From: Rhodospirillaceae bacterium
GTDB taxonomy: Bacteria; Pseudomonadota; Alphaproteobacteria; Rhodospirillales; Rhodospirillaceae
Length of the DNA: 64,000 bases
Direction: 5' to 3'
Assembly: GCA_050250575.1 (NCBI GenBank)
Contig: JBFWOJ010000018.1
Coordinates: 5,816-69,815, forward strand
In this document: piece after piece, positions 9,767 through 19,974 of the stretch
How the letters are laid out: the number at the start of each line of letters is the position of its first letter
Numbering within the stretch: the stretch's first letter is position 1
Position numbers and translations under genes: made by a program
Notes under the pieces: generated by a model
What the model saw: only the letters and a program-made list of their open reading frames with translations
Told to the model about the DNA's origin: nothing
Databases searched by the model: none

Positions 9767-10210
9767 CTATTCGTTGATCTCCGGCTCCACCAGGTGCTTC
9801 AGATTTTGCAGCGATTCCTGCCAGCCGAGATAACAGGCTTCCACCGGGATGACGTCTGGGATGCCGTCCTGGGTGATGTCGATCTCCGTTCCAACCGCCA
9901 CTTTTTTGAGGACGATCGTCACGCTCATCTCGCCCGGTAGATTGGTATCATCGAATTTGTCGGTGTATCGCAGTCGCTCGCCGGGAACGAGTTCGAGATA
10001 TTTGCCGCCGAAAGAGTGACTGTTGCCGGTGGTGAAGTTGCGGAACGACATTTTGTAGGTCCCACCGACCTTGGGTTCGTGATGGTGAACCGTGCAGGTG
10101 AACCCGTTTGGCGGCAGCCATTTCGCAAGCGCGTCGGCTTCCTGGAACGCGCGGTAAAGCTTCTCGGGCGAGGTGGTGAAAACACGGTGGAGACGGACGG
10201 TTCCGGGCAT
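9767..10210 (-). CDS. SRPBCC (AHSA1/START-like) domain protein
   Basis: It is 147 aa. The pattern RVFTTSPEKLYRAF...WLPPNGF...GGTYKMSF is typical of Aha1-like SRPBCC proteins. Confidence 0.8.
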   Translation of the reverse strand: MPGTVRLHRVFTTSPEKLYRAFQEADALAKWLPPNGFTCTVHHHEPKVGGTYKMSFRNFTTGNSHSFGGKYLELVPGERLRYTDKFDDTNLPGEMSVTIVLKKVAVGTEIDITQDGIPDVIPVEACYLGWQESLQNLKHLVEPEINE

Positions 10211-10452
10211 GACGTTTTCCTCTTTTCAGTCGATGCTCTTTCGCGATTCCAGGCGCAGATTCCGCAAACGCAGCAGTCGGCGCCGACGAACCATACCGCG
10301 CTTTCGATCCGTGCTTTAAGCCGGCGCGGGCGGCCGCGCGGACCGCGGTCGTGCGCGCTAATAAGGGCAAGGTTTGCGCGCTTTCAGGGTGTTGTCTATG
10401 GGCGGGACGGTGTGGTGTGCTAGGGTTCAGCCGTCCCCGAGGAGGTTCGCAA

Positions 10453-11517
10453 ATGAATCTTCGCTACGCGGTCGTCACTGTTTCGTTTCTCTTTTCGAGC
10501 GTCGCACCCTTCGGCGCCGCCGCGGCGGGCGACACCTGTCAGCCGGACGTCTTGCACAGCTTGCCGCTCGTTGCATTCCGGGATGGTCGAGCGGGTTTGC
10601 CCGTGACTTTCGGCGAGAAGCAGGGCGCTCTGGTCCTCGATACCACCGCGGTCGCGCAAGGTGGCGATGCGGCGCGCAAGTCCGTGCCCGTAACTGGCGG
10701 CCTCGAGACTATGACCGCCGTACGCTCGAACTACACCGGCATCGCCGGCACGTTGACGCAAAAGACAGTCGACGAACTTGGTCTGAGCCCCACTGAAACC
10801 GGCGCGCGGTACGGCGGCGCGGGGGGCGGACGACGGGAACTCAAAGTCCTCGTTCCGGACTTCGCCATTCAAGGGCAGAGCCCGTCATCGACGGAATTCC
10901 TCATCTCCACCGGCGACAGCCGGCTCTCGGAATATGCGGGCACCTTCGCGATCAATAATTTCCGCCAGTTCGATTTCGATTTCGATCTCGATTTTCCCGG
11001 AAGGGGCGCGCGGCTGATTGCGCGCGGAAAGTGCGCCGGCGCACCGGCGGACTGGAGCGCGTCGCCCGTCGCGCGCGTAAGCTTCAGTCTGGACGGCAAC
11101 GGGTACCTGGAGATCCCGATCACCTTGGACGGCAAGGAATTCGCGGCGCTGCTCGATACCGGCTCGCCGTCGACGACGCTCGACTTCGGGTCGGCGAGCC
11201 GAACATTCCGCATCAAGGACACGGATGCCGACCTGAAGGCCGTCACGCAAACCGCCGAGGGCCGCACGGTCTACAGCCGCCCCTTCACATCCATCGCCTT
11301 CGGCGACGTCGCGGTCGCCGGTCCCCAGATCCTCCTCGTGCCCGGGTTCAGGGGTAAAAGCGAAGGGGCGCCCACCGGCTCGCGCGTCGATCGCGATCGC
11401 CGCGGCGCTTTGCCGCCGGTGATCGTCGGCATGTCGGTGCTCAGGCAGCTTCGCCTATACTTCGCCTTCGACGAGCGCGTGATCTATATCGCGCGGAGCG
11501 ATGCTGCGGCGAAGTGA
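10453..11517 (+). CDS. Secreted two-lobed retropepsin-like aspartic protease family protein (putative)
   Basis: GGAGG lies 7 nt upstream of the ATG at 10453. It has a signal peptide. It carries LVLDTTAV in the first half and ALLDTGSPSTTLDF in the second half. Confidence 0.55.
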   Translation: MNLRYAVVTVSFLFSSVAPFGAAAAGDTCQPDVLHSLPLVAFRDGRAGLPVTFGEKQGALVLDTTAVAQGGDAARKSVPVTGGLETMTAVRSNYTGIAGTLTQKTVDELGLSPTETGARYGGAGGGRRELKVLVPDFAIQGQSPSSTEFLISTGDSRLSEYAGTFAINNFRQFDFDFDLDFPGRGARLIARGKCAGAPADWSASPVARVSFSLDGNGYLEIPITLDGKEFAALLDTGSPSTTLDFGSASRTFRIKDTDADLKAVTQTAEGRTVYSRPFTSIAFGDVAVAGPQILLVPGFRGKSEGAPTGSRVDRDRRGALPPVIVGMSVLRQLRLYFAFDERVIYIARSDAAAK

Positions 11518-11578
11518 GCGATGTCGAGCGCGCGTACAATGGCAACCCGCTGAACGGGGCGCCGGGTCGGCATTGGCG

Positions 11579-13084
11579 TCACTTCCAAATCGGCTTGCCC
11601 GACCCCGGCAGTCCGTAGCTCGCCCACTTCTGCGTGACGAGTTTCACGATCTCCTCGCTCATGGCAATCTTCTCGCCCCACTCGCGCATGGTCTCGCCCG
11701 GCAGCTTGTTCGTCGCATCGAGGCCGATCTTGCCGCCGAGGCCCGGTACCGGTGAGGCGAAGTCTAGATAATCGATCGGTGTATTCTCGATCACGGTGAT
11801 GTCCCGCGCCGGGTCCATGCGCGTGGCCATCGCCCACATCACGTCTTTCCAGTCGCGCGCGTTGATATCGGCGTCCACCACGATGACGAACTTGGTGTAG
11901 ATGAACTGGCGCAAGAAACTCCACACACCCAGCATCACGCGCTTGGCGTGGCCGGCGTAGGACTTCTTCATGCTCACCACGGCGATCCGGTAACTGCAGC
12001 CTTCGGGCGGCAGCCAGAAGTCGACGATCTCGGGGAATTGCTGCGTCAGCAGCGGAATGAACACTTCGTTCAGCGCTTCGCCCAGAATGCTTGGCTCGTC
12101 GGGCGGCCGGCCGGTGTAAGTCGAAAGGTAGATCGGGTTGCGGCGCATGGTGATGGCCGAGATCTTGAACACCGGGAATTTCTCGACCGCATTGTAGTAG
12201 CCGGTGTGATCTCCGAACGGGCCTTCGTCGCCGTAATCGTCGAGCATGACGTGGCCTTCGAGCACGATCTCGGCGTCGGCCGGTACTTTGAGGGGCACCG
12301 TCTTGCAGTCGGCGAGCTCGACCTTCCTTCCACGCAGCAGACCGGCGAACTGATATTCCGACAGCGTGTCCGGGACCGGCGTGACGGCGGCGAGGATCGT
12401 GCCCGGATCGGCGCCAATCACGGCTGCCGCGGGAAGCGGTTCGCGTTTCTTCGTCTTCCAGCGATCGTAGTGCCCCGCCCCGCCGCGCTGCTTCAGCCAA
12501 CGCATCAGCGTCGTATCGCGGCCGGTCACCTGCATCCGGTAGATGCCGAGATTGTAGACGTCCCGTTTGTCGTCGCCCGGCCCTTTTGTGACGACAAGAG
12601 GCCAGGTGATGAGCGGGCTCACGTCGCCCGGCCAGCAGGTCTGGACCGGAATTATGTTGAGATCGATCTGATCGCCGGTCAGCACGATCTCCTGGCACGG
12701 CGCGCTGCCCACCGTCTTCGGTTTCATCGCCATTACGGTCCGCAACAGCGGAAACAGCTCGAGCGCTTCGCGCCAACCACCCGGAGGCTCGGGCTGTTTC
12801 AGGAAGGCCAGCGTCTCGCCGACCTCGCGCAACTGGTGCGGCTCGCGGTCCATCCCCCAGGCCACGCGCTCAACCGTGCCGAACAGATTCGCCAGCACCG
12901 GCATGGCATACGGCCCGTTCGGTCCCACCACATTTTCAAATAGGAGGGCCGGCCCCCCTTCCGCCAGGACTCGAGTCTGGATTTCGGTGATCTCGAGGTG
13001 CGGGGAGACCGCCGCTTTCACGCGCACAAGCCGTCCCTCCCGCTCGAGGCGGGTCATGAACTCCCGAAGGGACTGATAGGGCAT
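11579..13084 (-). CDS. ubiD: UbiD-family decarboxylase (4-hydroxy-3-polyprenylbenzoate decarboxylase)
   Basis: The N-terminus reads [20 protein letters not shown]. UbiD-like sequence runs the full length. The start is set at M16 of the ORF (about 501 aa). Confidence 0.9.
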   Translation of the reverse strand: MPYQSLREFMTRLEREGRLVRVKAAVSPHLEITEIQTRVLAEGGPALLFENVVGPNGPYAMPVLANLFGTVERVAWGMDREPHQLREVGETLAFLKQPEPPGGWREALELFPLLRTVMAMKPKTVGSAPCQEIVLTGDQIDLNIIPVQTCWPGDVSPLITWPLVVTKGPGDDKRDVYNLGIYRMQVTGRDTTLMRWLKQRGGAGHYDRWKTKKREPLPAAAVIGADPGTILAAVTPVPDTLSEYQFAGLLRGRKVELADCKTVPLKVPADAEIVLEGHVMLDDYGDEGPFGDHTGYYNAVEKFPVFKISAITMRRNPIYLSTYTGRPPDEPSILGEALNEVFIPLLTQQFPEIVDFWLPPEGCSYRIAVVSMKKSYAGHAKRVMLGVWSFLRQFIYTKFVIVVDADINARDWKDVMWAMATRMDPARDITVIENTPIDYLDFASPVPGLGGKIGLDATNKLPGETMREWGEKIAMSEEIVKLVTQKWASYGLPGSGKPIWK

Positions 13085-13425
13085 GAGCGCGGGCCAGCCT
13101 AGGGCTCGAGGAAAGGGATGGTTGTCCAACCACTTAACGATCCAGTTTGGAAGCCGTCAAGCAAGCGTTCCGGCAGCATCGACGCGCAACCGCTAAGGGA
13201 ATTAGTTGCTCTGCCTTGTCGTTCGAGAGCTGTAGTCCTAAGATACGCACCGTTAATCGGGCGTTTGCATTTTTCGGATAACCCGCTGAATGGTCGCGAA
13301 AAACGCGATCCAAAAATGACACCGGCGGCGGTAGGAGCACCGGCCAAACCGGAAATGTCATCGAAATGTGGGTCGTCGCGCACTCCTTAAATATGGCGTG
13401 CCGGCGAGAAGGGCGGAGAGGGTTA

Positions 13426-15159
13426 ATGGACGGCGATAGTGGGCGCAGTGCGGCAAGCGGCCTCGAGCGGCTGATCGAGATCGGGCTCGCGCTTTCGGCC
13501 GAACGTAATCACGACCGCCTGACCGAGCGCATCCTTCTCGAGGCGATCGACATCACCCGCGCCGACGGCGGCACGCTCTACCTGCGTACCGAAGAGAACA
13601 CCTTGAAGTTCGTCATCGTGCGCACGGGCTCGCTGAAGATCGCTATGGGCGGCACCACTGGGATTCCCATACCGTTCCCCCCCGTGCGCATGTACAAGGC
13701 CGACACCAACGAGCCGAATTTCAGCAACGTCTCGGCCGCCTGCGCCCTCAAGAAAGAAGCCATCAACATCGAGGACGCCTATACCGCCGAAGGCTTCGAC
13801 TTCTCCGGCACCAAGAAATTCGACCAGGGCACGGGCTACCGCTCGAAATCGTTCCTGTGCATTCCACTCAAAAACTATTCCGAAGAAGTCACCGGTGTGC
13901 TGCAGCTCATCAACGCGCAGGACGCCGGGGGCAACGTTATTCCGTTCTCGAAGGAAGTGCAGCGCACCGTCGAAGCCCTGGCCTCACAGGCCGCCGTCGC
14001 TATCGACAACCAGAACCTGATCGAAGCGCAGAAAGCCCTGATGGACAGCCTCATCAAGGTGATGGCGCATGCGATTGACGCCAAGTCGCCCTATACCGGC
14101 GGTCACTGCCAGCGCGTGCCCGAGCTCACCAAGATGCTGGCCAGCAAGGCGCAGGCCGCGACCGAGGGGCCGTTCAAGGATTTCAAGCTCGACGAACAGC
14201 AATGGTACGAGTTGCACGTTGCCGCGTGGTTGCACGACATCGGCAAGGTCACGACGCCGGAATACGTGGTCGACAAGGCGACCAAGCTCCAGACCATCTA
14301 CGATCGCATCCATGAGATCCGTACGCGCTTCGAGATCCTGCGCCGCGACGCCGAGATCAAGATGCTGAAGTCGATCGCCAAGGGAAAGAACGCGCGCATC
14401 GAGCGTAAGAAGTTCAAGGACCGCTGCGAAGAGCTGAAGAAGCAGTGGGAGTTCGTGGCCGAGAACAATCTCGGCGGCGAATTCATGTCGGCCGAGAAGC
14501 AGGAGAAGGTGAAAGAGATCGGCAGGCAGAAGTACTACCGCTACTTCGACCGTAGGCTCGGTCTGTCGTGGACCGAGAGCAAGCTCCTGGACAAGGCTCC
14601 GCCGCCGCCGGAAGGTTGGGAACAGCTCATGGCCGATCTGCCGGAGCACGCCGAGGCCGAATACCATCTCGGCGAAGTCCTCAACATGTGCATCCAGCGC
14701 GGCACGCTCAATGACGATGAGCGGCGCAAGATCAACGATCATATCGTGCTGACGATCGAGATGCTGAAGGAGATGCCCTTTCCGAAGCACCTCAAAAAGG
14801 TGCCCGAGTATGCCGGCGGCCACCACGAGAAGATCGACGGCACCGGCTATCCCAACAGGCTCACCGGCGATCAGATGAGCTGGCCGGCGAAGATGATGGC
14901 GGTCGCCGACATCTTCGAAGCGCTGACCGCCGCGGACCGCCCGTACAAGAAGGCGAAGACGCTTTCGGAAAGCCTCAAAATCCTGTCCTTCATGAAGAAG
15001 GACAAACACGTCGATCCGGATTTGTTCGAACTGTTCTTAAGGTCTGGGGCTTACCTCGAATACGCCGAGCAGTTCCTGAGACCCGAGCAGATCGACAAGG
15101 TGGACATCAACCAGTACCTCCAGCCGCCACAGCCCAAACCCGCGCAAGCGGCGGAGTAA
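13426..15159 (+). CDS. GAF-domain HD-GYP phosphohydrolase (c-di-GMP phosphodiesterase family)
   Basis: It has an N-terminal GAF-like region, then HDIGKV and GGHHEKIDGTGYP. The start is uncertain: ATG 13426 follows a GGAGAGG, and the ORF opens at 13366. Confidence 0.85.
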   Translation: MDGDSGRSAASGLERLIEIGLALSAERNHDRLTERILLEAIDITRADGGTLYLRTEENTLKFVIVRTGSLKIAMGGTTGIPIPFPPVRMYKADTNEPNFSNVSAACALKKEAINIEDAYTAEGFDFSGTKKFDQGTGYRSKSFLCIPLKNYSEEVTGVLQLINAQDAGGNVIPFSKEVQRTVEALASQAAVAIDNQNLIEAQKALMDSLIKVMAHAIDAKSPYTGGHCQRVPELTKMLASKAQAATEGPFKDFKLDEQQWYELHVAAWLHDIGKVTTPEYVVDKATKLQTIYDRIHEIRTRFEILRRDAEIKMLKSIAKGKNARIERKKFKDRCEELKKQWEFVAENNLGGEFMSAEKQEKVKEIGRQKYYRYFDRRLGLSWTESKLLDKAPPPPEGWEQLMADLPEHAEAEYHLGEVLNMCIQRGTLNDDERRKINDHIVLTIEMLKEMPFPKHLKKVPEYAGGHHEKIDGTGYPNRLTGDQMSWPAKMMAVADIFEALTAADRPYKKAKTLSESLKILSFMKKDKHVDPDLFELFLRSGAYLEYAEQFLRPEQIDKVDINQYLQPPQPKPAQAAE

Positions 15160-15224
15160 ACGGAATCCTCGCGGCCTGACGGCCGCAAGCATGACGAAGT
15201 GCTCCCGGCGATTCATTAAAACCT

Positions 15225-15686
15225 CTAGAGGCGCTTCTCCATCTTGAAGTTGTCGTAGGTCTGTCCGCTGACCGTGACCTTCTGCGGTGTAACAACGACA
15301 AATCCGCGCGCTTCGAAGAAGGGCCGCGCCGTAAGACTGACTTCGGAGTGGAGACTCGCGACACCTCGACGCCGAGCTTCCTCCTCGAGGGCGCTCAAGA
15401 GGGCGCTGGCCACGCCGCGTCTTAGATAGTCGGCGTGGACGTACATACAGTCCACATACCCGGCGGCGCCGAGGTTGGTGAACCCTGCAAGGAATCCTCC
15501 CACGAAGCCGACCCATGTGGAGGTCGTCTCTCCGAAGCGGCGCGCTTGGACGATCGGGTCCTGAGAATTTGCCACCCAGGCGTCGATCTGTGCCGGCGTG
15601 TAGTGCCGCGAGGCGACACCGCGGATCGCGGACCGCCGCACCTCCATCAACGCGAGGAGGTCGTCGGCACAGAACCGCCTTACCAT
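15225..15686 (-). CDS. GNAT-family N-acetyltransferase
   Basis: It is 153 aa. The acetyl-CoA motif region is YVHADYLRRGVASALLSALEEEARRRG. Its start overlaps the ubiA stop by 1 nt. Confidence 0.85.
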   Translation of the reverse strand: MVRRFCADDLLALMEVRRSAIRGVASRHYTPAQIDAWVANSQDPIVQARRFGETTSTWVGFVGGFLAGFTNLGAAGYVDCMYVHADYLRRGVASALLSALEEEARRRGVASLHSEVSLTARPFFEARGFVVVTPQKVTVSGQTYDNFKMEKRL

Positions 15687-16711
15687 TACTCCGGGCACAC
15701 CAGCTCTTCCGGATTGTTGACGTAGCGGATGCAGGCGGGCTTTTCGCCGAAGAACGTCGCGTCGACCCAGCGGGGCACGCGGTAGGCAAGGTTGTGCGCG
15801 AGCAGCGCGGCCAGGATTAGAAGGCCGAAATCGCGGTTCGACTTGAAGATACGAAGGCAGGTCGTGGGGCTGTCGATCGCGAGCGCCTTGATCTGCCAGG
15901 CGAGGTGTCCGGCGGCGAAGCACACCAGCACCTTGGGCCACGGGCCCACCATCAACGGCCATGAGGCGGTGAGGATCAAAGCGAACGCGAGCACATAGCA
16001 CGCCGCCACGAACGGCCGTGTCGCCTGCCCGAGGGCGAGGGCGGAGGACTTCACCCCGATCAGCGCATCGTCATCCTTGTCCTGGTGGGCGTAGATCGTG
16101 TCGTAGCCCAGGGTCCAGAAGAAACACCCCGCGTATAGGATCAATGCATCTGTCTGGATGGTGCCCCGGGCGGCCGCCCAGCCCAGCAGGGCGCCCCAAT
16201 TGAACGTCAGCCCCAGCCACGCCTGCGGCCAGTAGGTAATTCGCTTCATGAAAGGATAGATCGCGATCAGGATCAGCGAGGCGCAGCCGACGCCCACCGC
16301 ATACCAATTGAACTGGAGAAGGATGGTGAGCCCGCCGGCAAGCTGCACCGCGAGGAACACAAACGCGGCGCGTACGCTGATCTCCCCGGCCGGAATCGGA
16401 CGGGTGCGGGTACGCGCTACCTTGGCGTCGTAGTCGCGGTCGACGATGTCGTTGAGCGTGCAACCCGCGCCGCGCATCAGCACGGCTCCCGCCAGGAACA
16501 GGATCATCAGCGTCGTATTGGGCTCGCCGCGCCCCGCAAGCGTGATCGACCACCAGCCGGGGATGAGCAGGAGCCAGAAGCCGATCGGCCGGTCGAGGCG
16601 CATCAGGCGCGCGTACGCCCGCAACCGGCGCGGCAGCAACCGGTCGATCCAACCTCCCTGGACGATGTCTGTACTTGAAGCGGTGGGGCTCATGGAGGCT
16701 ACACTATGCAA
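15686..16711 (-). CDS. ubiA: 4-hydroxybenzoate polyprenyltransferase
   Basis: It has the NDIVDRDYDAKVARTRTRP motif, multiple TM segments and a second Asp-rich motif, YAHQDKDDD. The start may instead be M7 (16693). Confidence 0.9.
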   Translation of the reverse strand: MHSVASMSPTASSTDIVQGGWIDRLLPRRLRAYARLMRLDRPIGFWLLLIPGWWSITLAGRGEPNTTLMILFLAGAVLMRGAGCTLNDIVDRDYDAKVARTRTRPIPAGEISVRAAFVFLAVQLAGGLTILLQFNWYAVGVGCASLILIAIYPFMKRITYWPQAWLGLTFNWGALLGWAAARGTIQTDALILYAGCFFWTLGYDTIYAHQDKDDDALIGVKSSALALGQATRPFVAACYVLAFALILTASWPLMVGPWPKVLVCFAAGHLAWQIKALAIDSPTTCLRIFKSNRDFGLLILAALLAHNLAYRVPRWVDATFFGEKPACIRYVNNPEELVCPE

Positions 16712-17461
16712 ATGTCCAAGCCTGCCGCACCAAAAATCCGCCTCTTCGTCGACGGCGCTCTTTCCCTAGGCGCGTCCGTAGCCGCAAGCGAGGCGCAGGC
16801 GCATTACCTGCTTCATGTCATGCGGCGCGCTTCGTCCGATCCGGTGGCATTATTCAACGGACGCGACGGCGAATGGCGCGCGAAGGTGCAGATGCCCTCG
16901 AAGAAACACGTCGTCTTCGAGGTCGAGGAACAGCTTCGTCCTCAATCCCCAAGTCCCGATCTTTGGCTCGCTTTCGCGCCGGTGAAGCGCATCGATGCGG
17001 TGGTTGAGAAGGCGAGCGAGCTCGGCGCCGCGGCGCTGCTTCCGGTGATGACGCGGCGCACGGATGTCAGCCGTATCAACTTCGACCGGATGCGCGCGAT
17101 CGCCATCGAAGCCGCCGAACAATGCGAGCGGCTGTCCATCCCGGTGATCCAACCGGCGCAGGATTTCGACTCTTTCCTGCGCGGCTGGCCGGCGGCGCGC
17201 CGGCTGTATTTCCTGGACGAAACCGGACAAGGCGCGCCCATCGCACGCGCGTTACAGGAAGAAGTCACGCAATCGTGCGCTTTTCTTGTGGGTCCCGAAG
17301 GCGGCTTCACGGAATCGGAGCTTGACGCTCTCAGGCAAGTCCCGTCTGCTAAGGGCGTCAGCCTCGGTCCTCGCATCTTGCGCGCGGAGACGGCCGCTTT
17401 GGCGGCTTTGGCCTGTTGGCAGGCGCTGCGCGGCGATTGGGCAGGCTTAGCCGAGGGCTAG
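16706..17461 (+). CDS. rsmE: 16S rRNA (uracil1498-N3)-methyltransferase
   Basis: The motifs are IRLFV...AHYLLHVMR...LFNGRDGEW and the C-terminal LVGPEGGFTESE...LGPRILRAETAA. Confidence 0.85.
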   Translation: MQMSKPAAPKIRLFVDGALSLGASVAASEAQAHYLLHVMRRASSDPVALFNGRDGEWRAKVQMPSKKHVVFEVEEQLRPQSPSPDLWLAFAPVKRIDAVVEKASELGAAALLPVMTRRTDVSRINFDRMRAIAIEAAEQCERLSIPVIQPAQDFDSFLRGWPAARRLYFLDETGQGAPIARALQEEVTQSCAFLVGPEGGFTESELDALRQVPSAKGVSLGPRILRAETAALAALACWQALRGDWAGLAEG

Positions 17462-17521
17462 CCGCCCGCGCGCCGATACCTTAAGTAACCCGCCACTCCT
17501 CCTTCAGGGCGTTTCCCGTAC

Positions 17522-18886
17522 ATGACGTCGTTCCGTTCCGAAAAAGCCGATCCGATCACGTCAAAGGCACAGCTCGTCGAGACGCTCGCGGCCGGGTCGA
17601 AGCCTAAGGACCAGTGGCGCGTCGGCACCGAACACGAAAAGTTCCCCTACTATAAGGAAACGTTCCGGCCCGTGCCCTACGACGGCGACCGCGGAATCAG
17701 GGCTCTGCTCGAAGGCCTCACGCGCTTTGGCTGGGAAGGCGTCCCCGAGAACGGCAACCTCATATCCCTGCGCAGCAAGGGGAAGGGCACTGTTTCGCTG
17801 GAACCCGGCGGGCAGTTTGAGCTCTCCGGCGCGCCGCTGGACAATATCCACCAGACCTGCGGCGAGATCGCAGAACACCTGGCGCAGGTGAAGACGGTCG
17901 GGGATGAGCTCGGCATCGGCATGCTCGGCCTCGGCTTCACCCCGAACTGGACACGCGAGGACATTCCTTGGATGCCGAAGGGCCGCTACCAGATCATGCG
18001 CGACTATATGCCCAAGGTCGGCACCATGGGCATCGACATGATGACCCGCACCTGCACGGTGCAGGCCAACCTCGATTACGGCTCCGAAGCCGACATGGTG
18101 AAGAAGCTGCGTGTGGCGCTCGCGCTGCAGCCTCTGGCCACCGCCCTGTGGGCCAACTCGCCCTTCACCGAAGGCAGACCCAACGGCGCCCTGTCGCTGC
18201 GCGGCATCATCTGGAAGAACACCGATCCGGCGCGCACCGGCCTGCTGCCGTTTGCCTTTGAAGACGGCATGGGCTTCGAACGCTACGTCGATTACCTGCT
18301 CGACGTGCCCATGTATTTCGTCTTTCGTGGCCGCCACATCGACGTTGCAGGAAAATCGTTCCGCGACTTCATGGCGGGCAAGCTGACCGCGCTGCCAGGG
18401 CAGATCCCGACCATCGCGGACTGGTTCGATCACATGTCGACTGCGTTCCCGGAGGCCCGGGTGAAAAATTACATCGAAGTCCGCGGTGCGGACTGCGGCT
18501 CGCGCCAACGCCTCTGCGCCCTACCTGCCTTCTGGGCGGGCCTTTTGTACGACACCAGCGCTCTGGACGGCGCCTGGGACCTGGTCAAGGCTTGGAGCGC
18601 TGAGGAACGTGCCTCGTTCTACCGCGATGCGCCCACGCAGGGCCTGAAGACGCGCGTGGCCGGTCGCACGGCGCAGGACCTCGCGCGCGACGCTCTCGAT
18701 CTCGCCGAAGTCGGCCTGAAAGCGCGCAACCGGGTGAATTCGCAAGGCCAGGATGAAGCGAAGTTCCTCACGCCGATGCGCGAAATCGCCGCCTCGGGAA
18801 TAACGCCGGCCGAGCACATGCTTGATCTCTATCACGGCGCCTGGCAGGGCGACGTCACTAAGGCCTATCAGGCCTTCAGCTACTAG
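17522..18886 (+). CDS. gshA: Glutamate--cysteine ligase, plant/alphaproteobacterial type (GCS2)
   Basis: It is 454 aa. The motifs are GTEHEKF...SLEPGGQFELSGAP...RTCTVQANLD, the characteristic GshA type 2 pattern. Confidence 0.9.
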   Translation: MTSFRSEKADPITSKAQLVETLAAGSKPKDQWRVGTEHEKFPYYKETFRPVPYDGDRGIRALLEGLTRFGWEGVPENGNLISLRSKGKGTVSLEPGGQFELSGAPLDNIHQTCGEIAEHLAQVKTVGDELGIGMLGLGFTPNWTREDIPWMPKGRYQIMRDYMPKVGTMGIDMMTRTCTVQANLDYGSEADMVKKLRVALALQPLATALWANSPFTEGRPNGALSLRGIIWKNTDPARTGLLPFAFEDGMGFERYVDYLLDVPMYFVFRGRHIDVAGKSFRDFMAGKLTALPGQIPTIADWFDHMSTAFPEARVKNYIEVRGADCGSRQRLCALPAFWAGLLYDTSALDGAWDLVKAWSAEERASFYRDAPTQGLKTRVAGRTAQDLARDALDLAEVGLKARNRVNSQGQDEAKFLTPMREIAASGITPAEHMLDLYHGAWQGDVTKAYQAFSY

Positions 18887-18896
18887 GACACCTCCG

Positions 18897-19286
18897 ATGG
18901 CCGGCAAGAAAGCGAAACGAAAGATCAGGGCGAGGCGGCCCCCCCCGCGCAAGCGCAAACCCGCACCGGGCGGCGCAAAAGGCAAGACGGCGAGAAGCTT
19001 CAAATCCCTGACCGAGGTGCGCAAGGCCATCGATGCCATCGACTGCAAGCTCGTGCCGCTTCTCGTCGAGCGGTTGTCGTATGTCACCCAGGCCGCGCAG
19101 TTCAAACCGTCCATGGAGGGCGTGATCGTGCTCGACCGGGTCGAGGAAGTGGTCGAGAACGCGAAGCGGCTTGCCGCCGCCGCGGGCGGGAACTCCGCCA
19201 CGATCGAAGTCGTATATCGTGCTCTGATTGATGCCTTTACCGCCGACGAGCAGCAGCGCTGGCGCGAACTGCACCCTCGTTCCTAA
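18897..19286 (+). CDS. Chorismate mutase (CM_2 / AroQ-fold) family protein with polybasic N-terminal tail
   Basis: The motif LTEVRKAIDAIDCKLVPLLVERLSYV is typical of AroQ helix 1. The ATG at 18897 is the only in-frame ATG upstream of that motif. Confidence 0.65.
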   Translation: MAGKKAKRKIRARRPPPRKRKPAPGGAKGKTARSFKSLTEVRKAIDAIDCKLVPLLVERLSYVTQAAQFKPSMEGVIVLDRVEEVVENAKRLAAAAGGNSATIEVVYRALIDAFTADEQQRWRELHPRS

Positions 19287-19821
19287 GTCCCAGGAGGCCG
19301 GTCACCGGTCGCGCCGGATGATTCATCCAGGCGCTATGGGTTTTCTGCGAAGCTTGGTCGATCTCCGTCCAGTCTTCCTCAGCCAGATGTTCGAGCGCCA
19401 GCCGGAACACCACCGTCTCTTCGTCGCGCATATGGTCGCGCTTCAAGGTGATGAAGCTGCGTGCGCTTGCGCAAAACGGCAAGCGCCACTTCGGCGGATC
19501 GAGAAACAGATTGCGCATCATCATCGCGAGTTCGCCGATACCCTCGACAATGCGTTCGTGCTGCGCGACGCCCCCGCCCCGCGCGGCCGCTTCTGGCGCG
19601 CGAAGCTTGAGTTTGGTTACAAGGCTCTCTTCGATCGGGTGATGATAGCTTTTTGGGAAGTGGGCGAAATACTGCACCCCTCTGCCCAGGACGTCCGAAT
19701 TCGCCTCATGGTATTGCGCCACCGAATTCACCTCGCGTTCGAGCGCGTTCAAGGCGAGGCGTATGTCGATGTGGTCCTGCGCCAGGCGGCGTAAGGCCTC
19801 GGGATAGTGCGTCCGGCTCAT
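19237..19821 (-). CDS. Hemerythrin (HHE cation-binding) domain protein
   Basis: His/Glu-rich helical repeats are present (DHIDIRLA...YHHPIEE...HERIVEG...DHMRDEE). The start is chosen at MSRTHYPE. Its 3' end overlaps the convergent chorismate mutase gene by 50 nt. Confidence 0.6.
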   Translation of the reverse strand: MSRTHYPEALRRLAQDHIDIRLALNALEREVNSVAQYHEANSDVLGRGVQYFAHFPKSYHHPIEESLVTKLKLRAPEAAARGGGVAQHERIVEGIGELAMMMRNLFLDPPKWRLPFCASARSFITLKRDHMRDEETVVFRLALEHLAEEDWTEIDQASQKTHSAWMNHPARPVTGLLGLRNEGAVRASAAARRR

Positions 19822-19974
19822 GGGGCGGAGCTTAGGCGCGCTGCCCGCCCGCGCCTTGACGCGCGTCAACAACCGACTGCGCGGAACAAAAGCCTTTATG
19901 CCCGGTTGCAAGGAGGTCGCGACCTGGGGGAACCTTAGCATCTTCGTTCTGAGCCGAATTGAGCTAGGTGAAAC

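Noticed and set aside
11484-12943. ORFs of 430 aa (-) and 331 aa (+) overlapping ubiD.
   Set aside because: They are in alternative frames or antisense to a gene with unmistakable UbiD similarity, and their composition is typical of shadow ORFs. The same reasoning applies to 13984-15009, 17561-18508, 23334-24311, 29863-31566, 31669-33162, 33086-33916 and 34240-35226.
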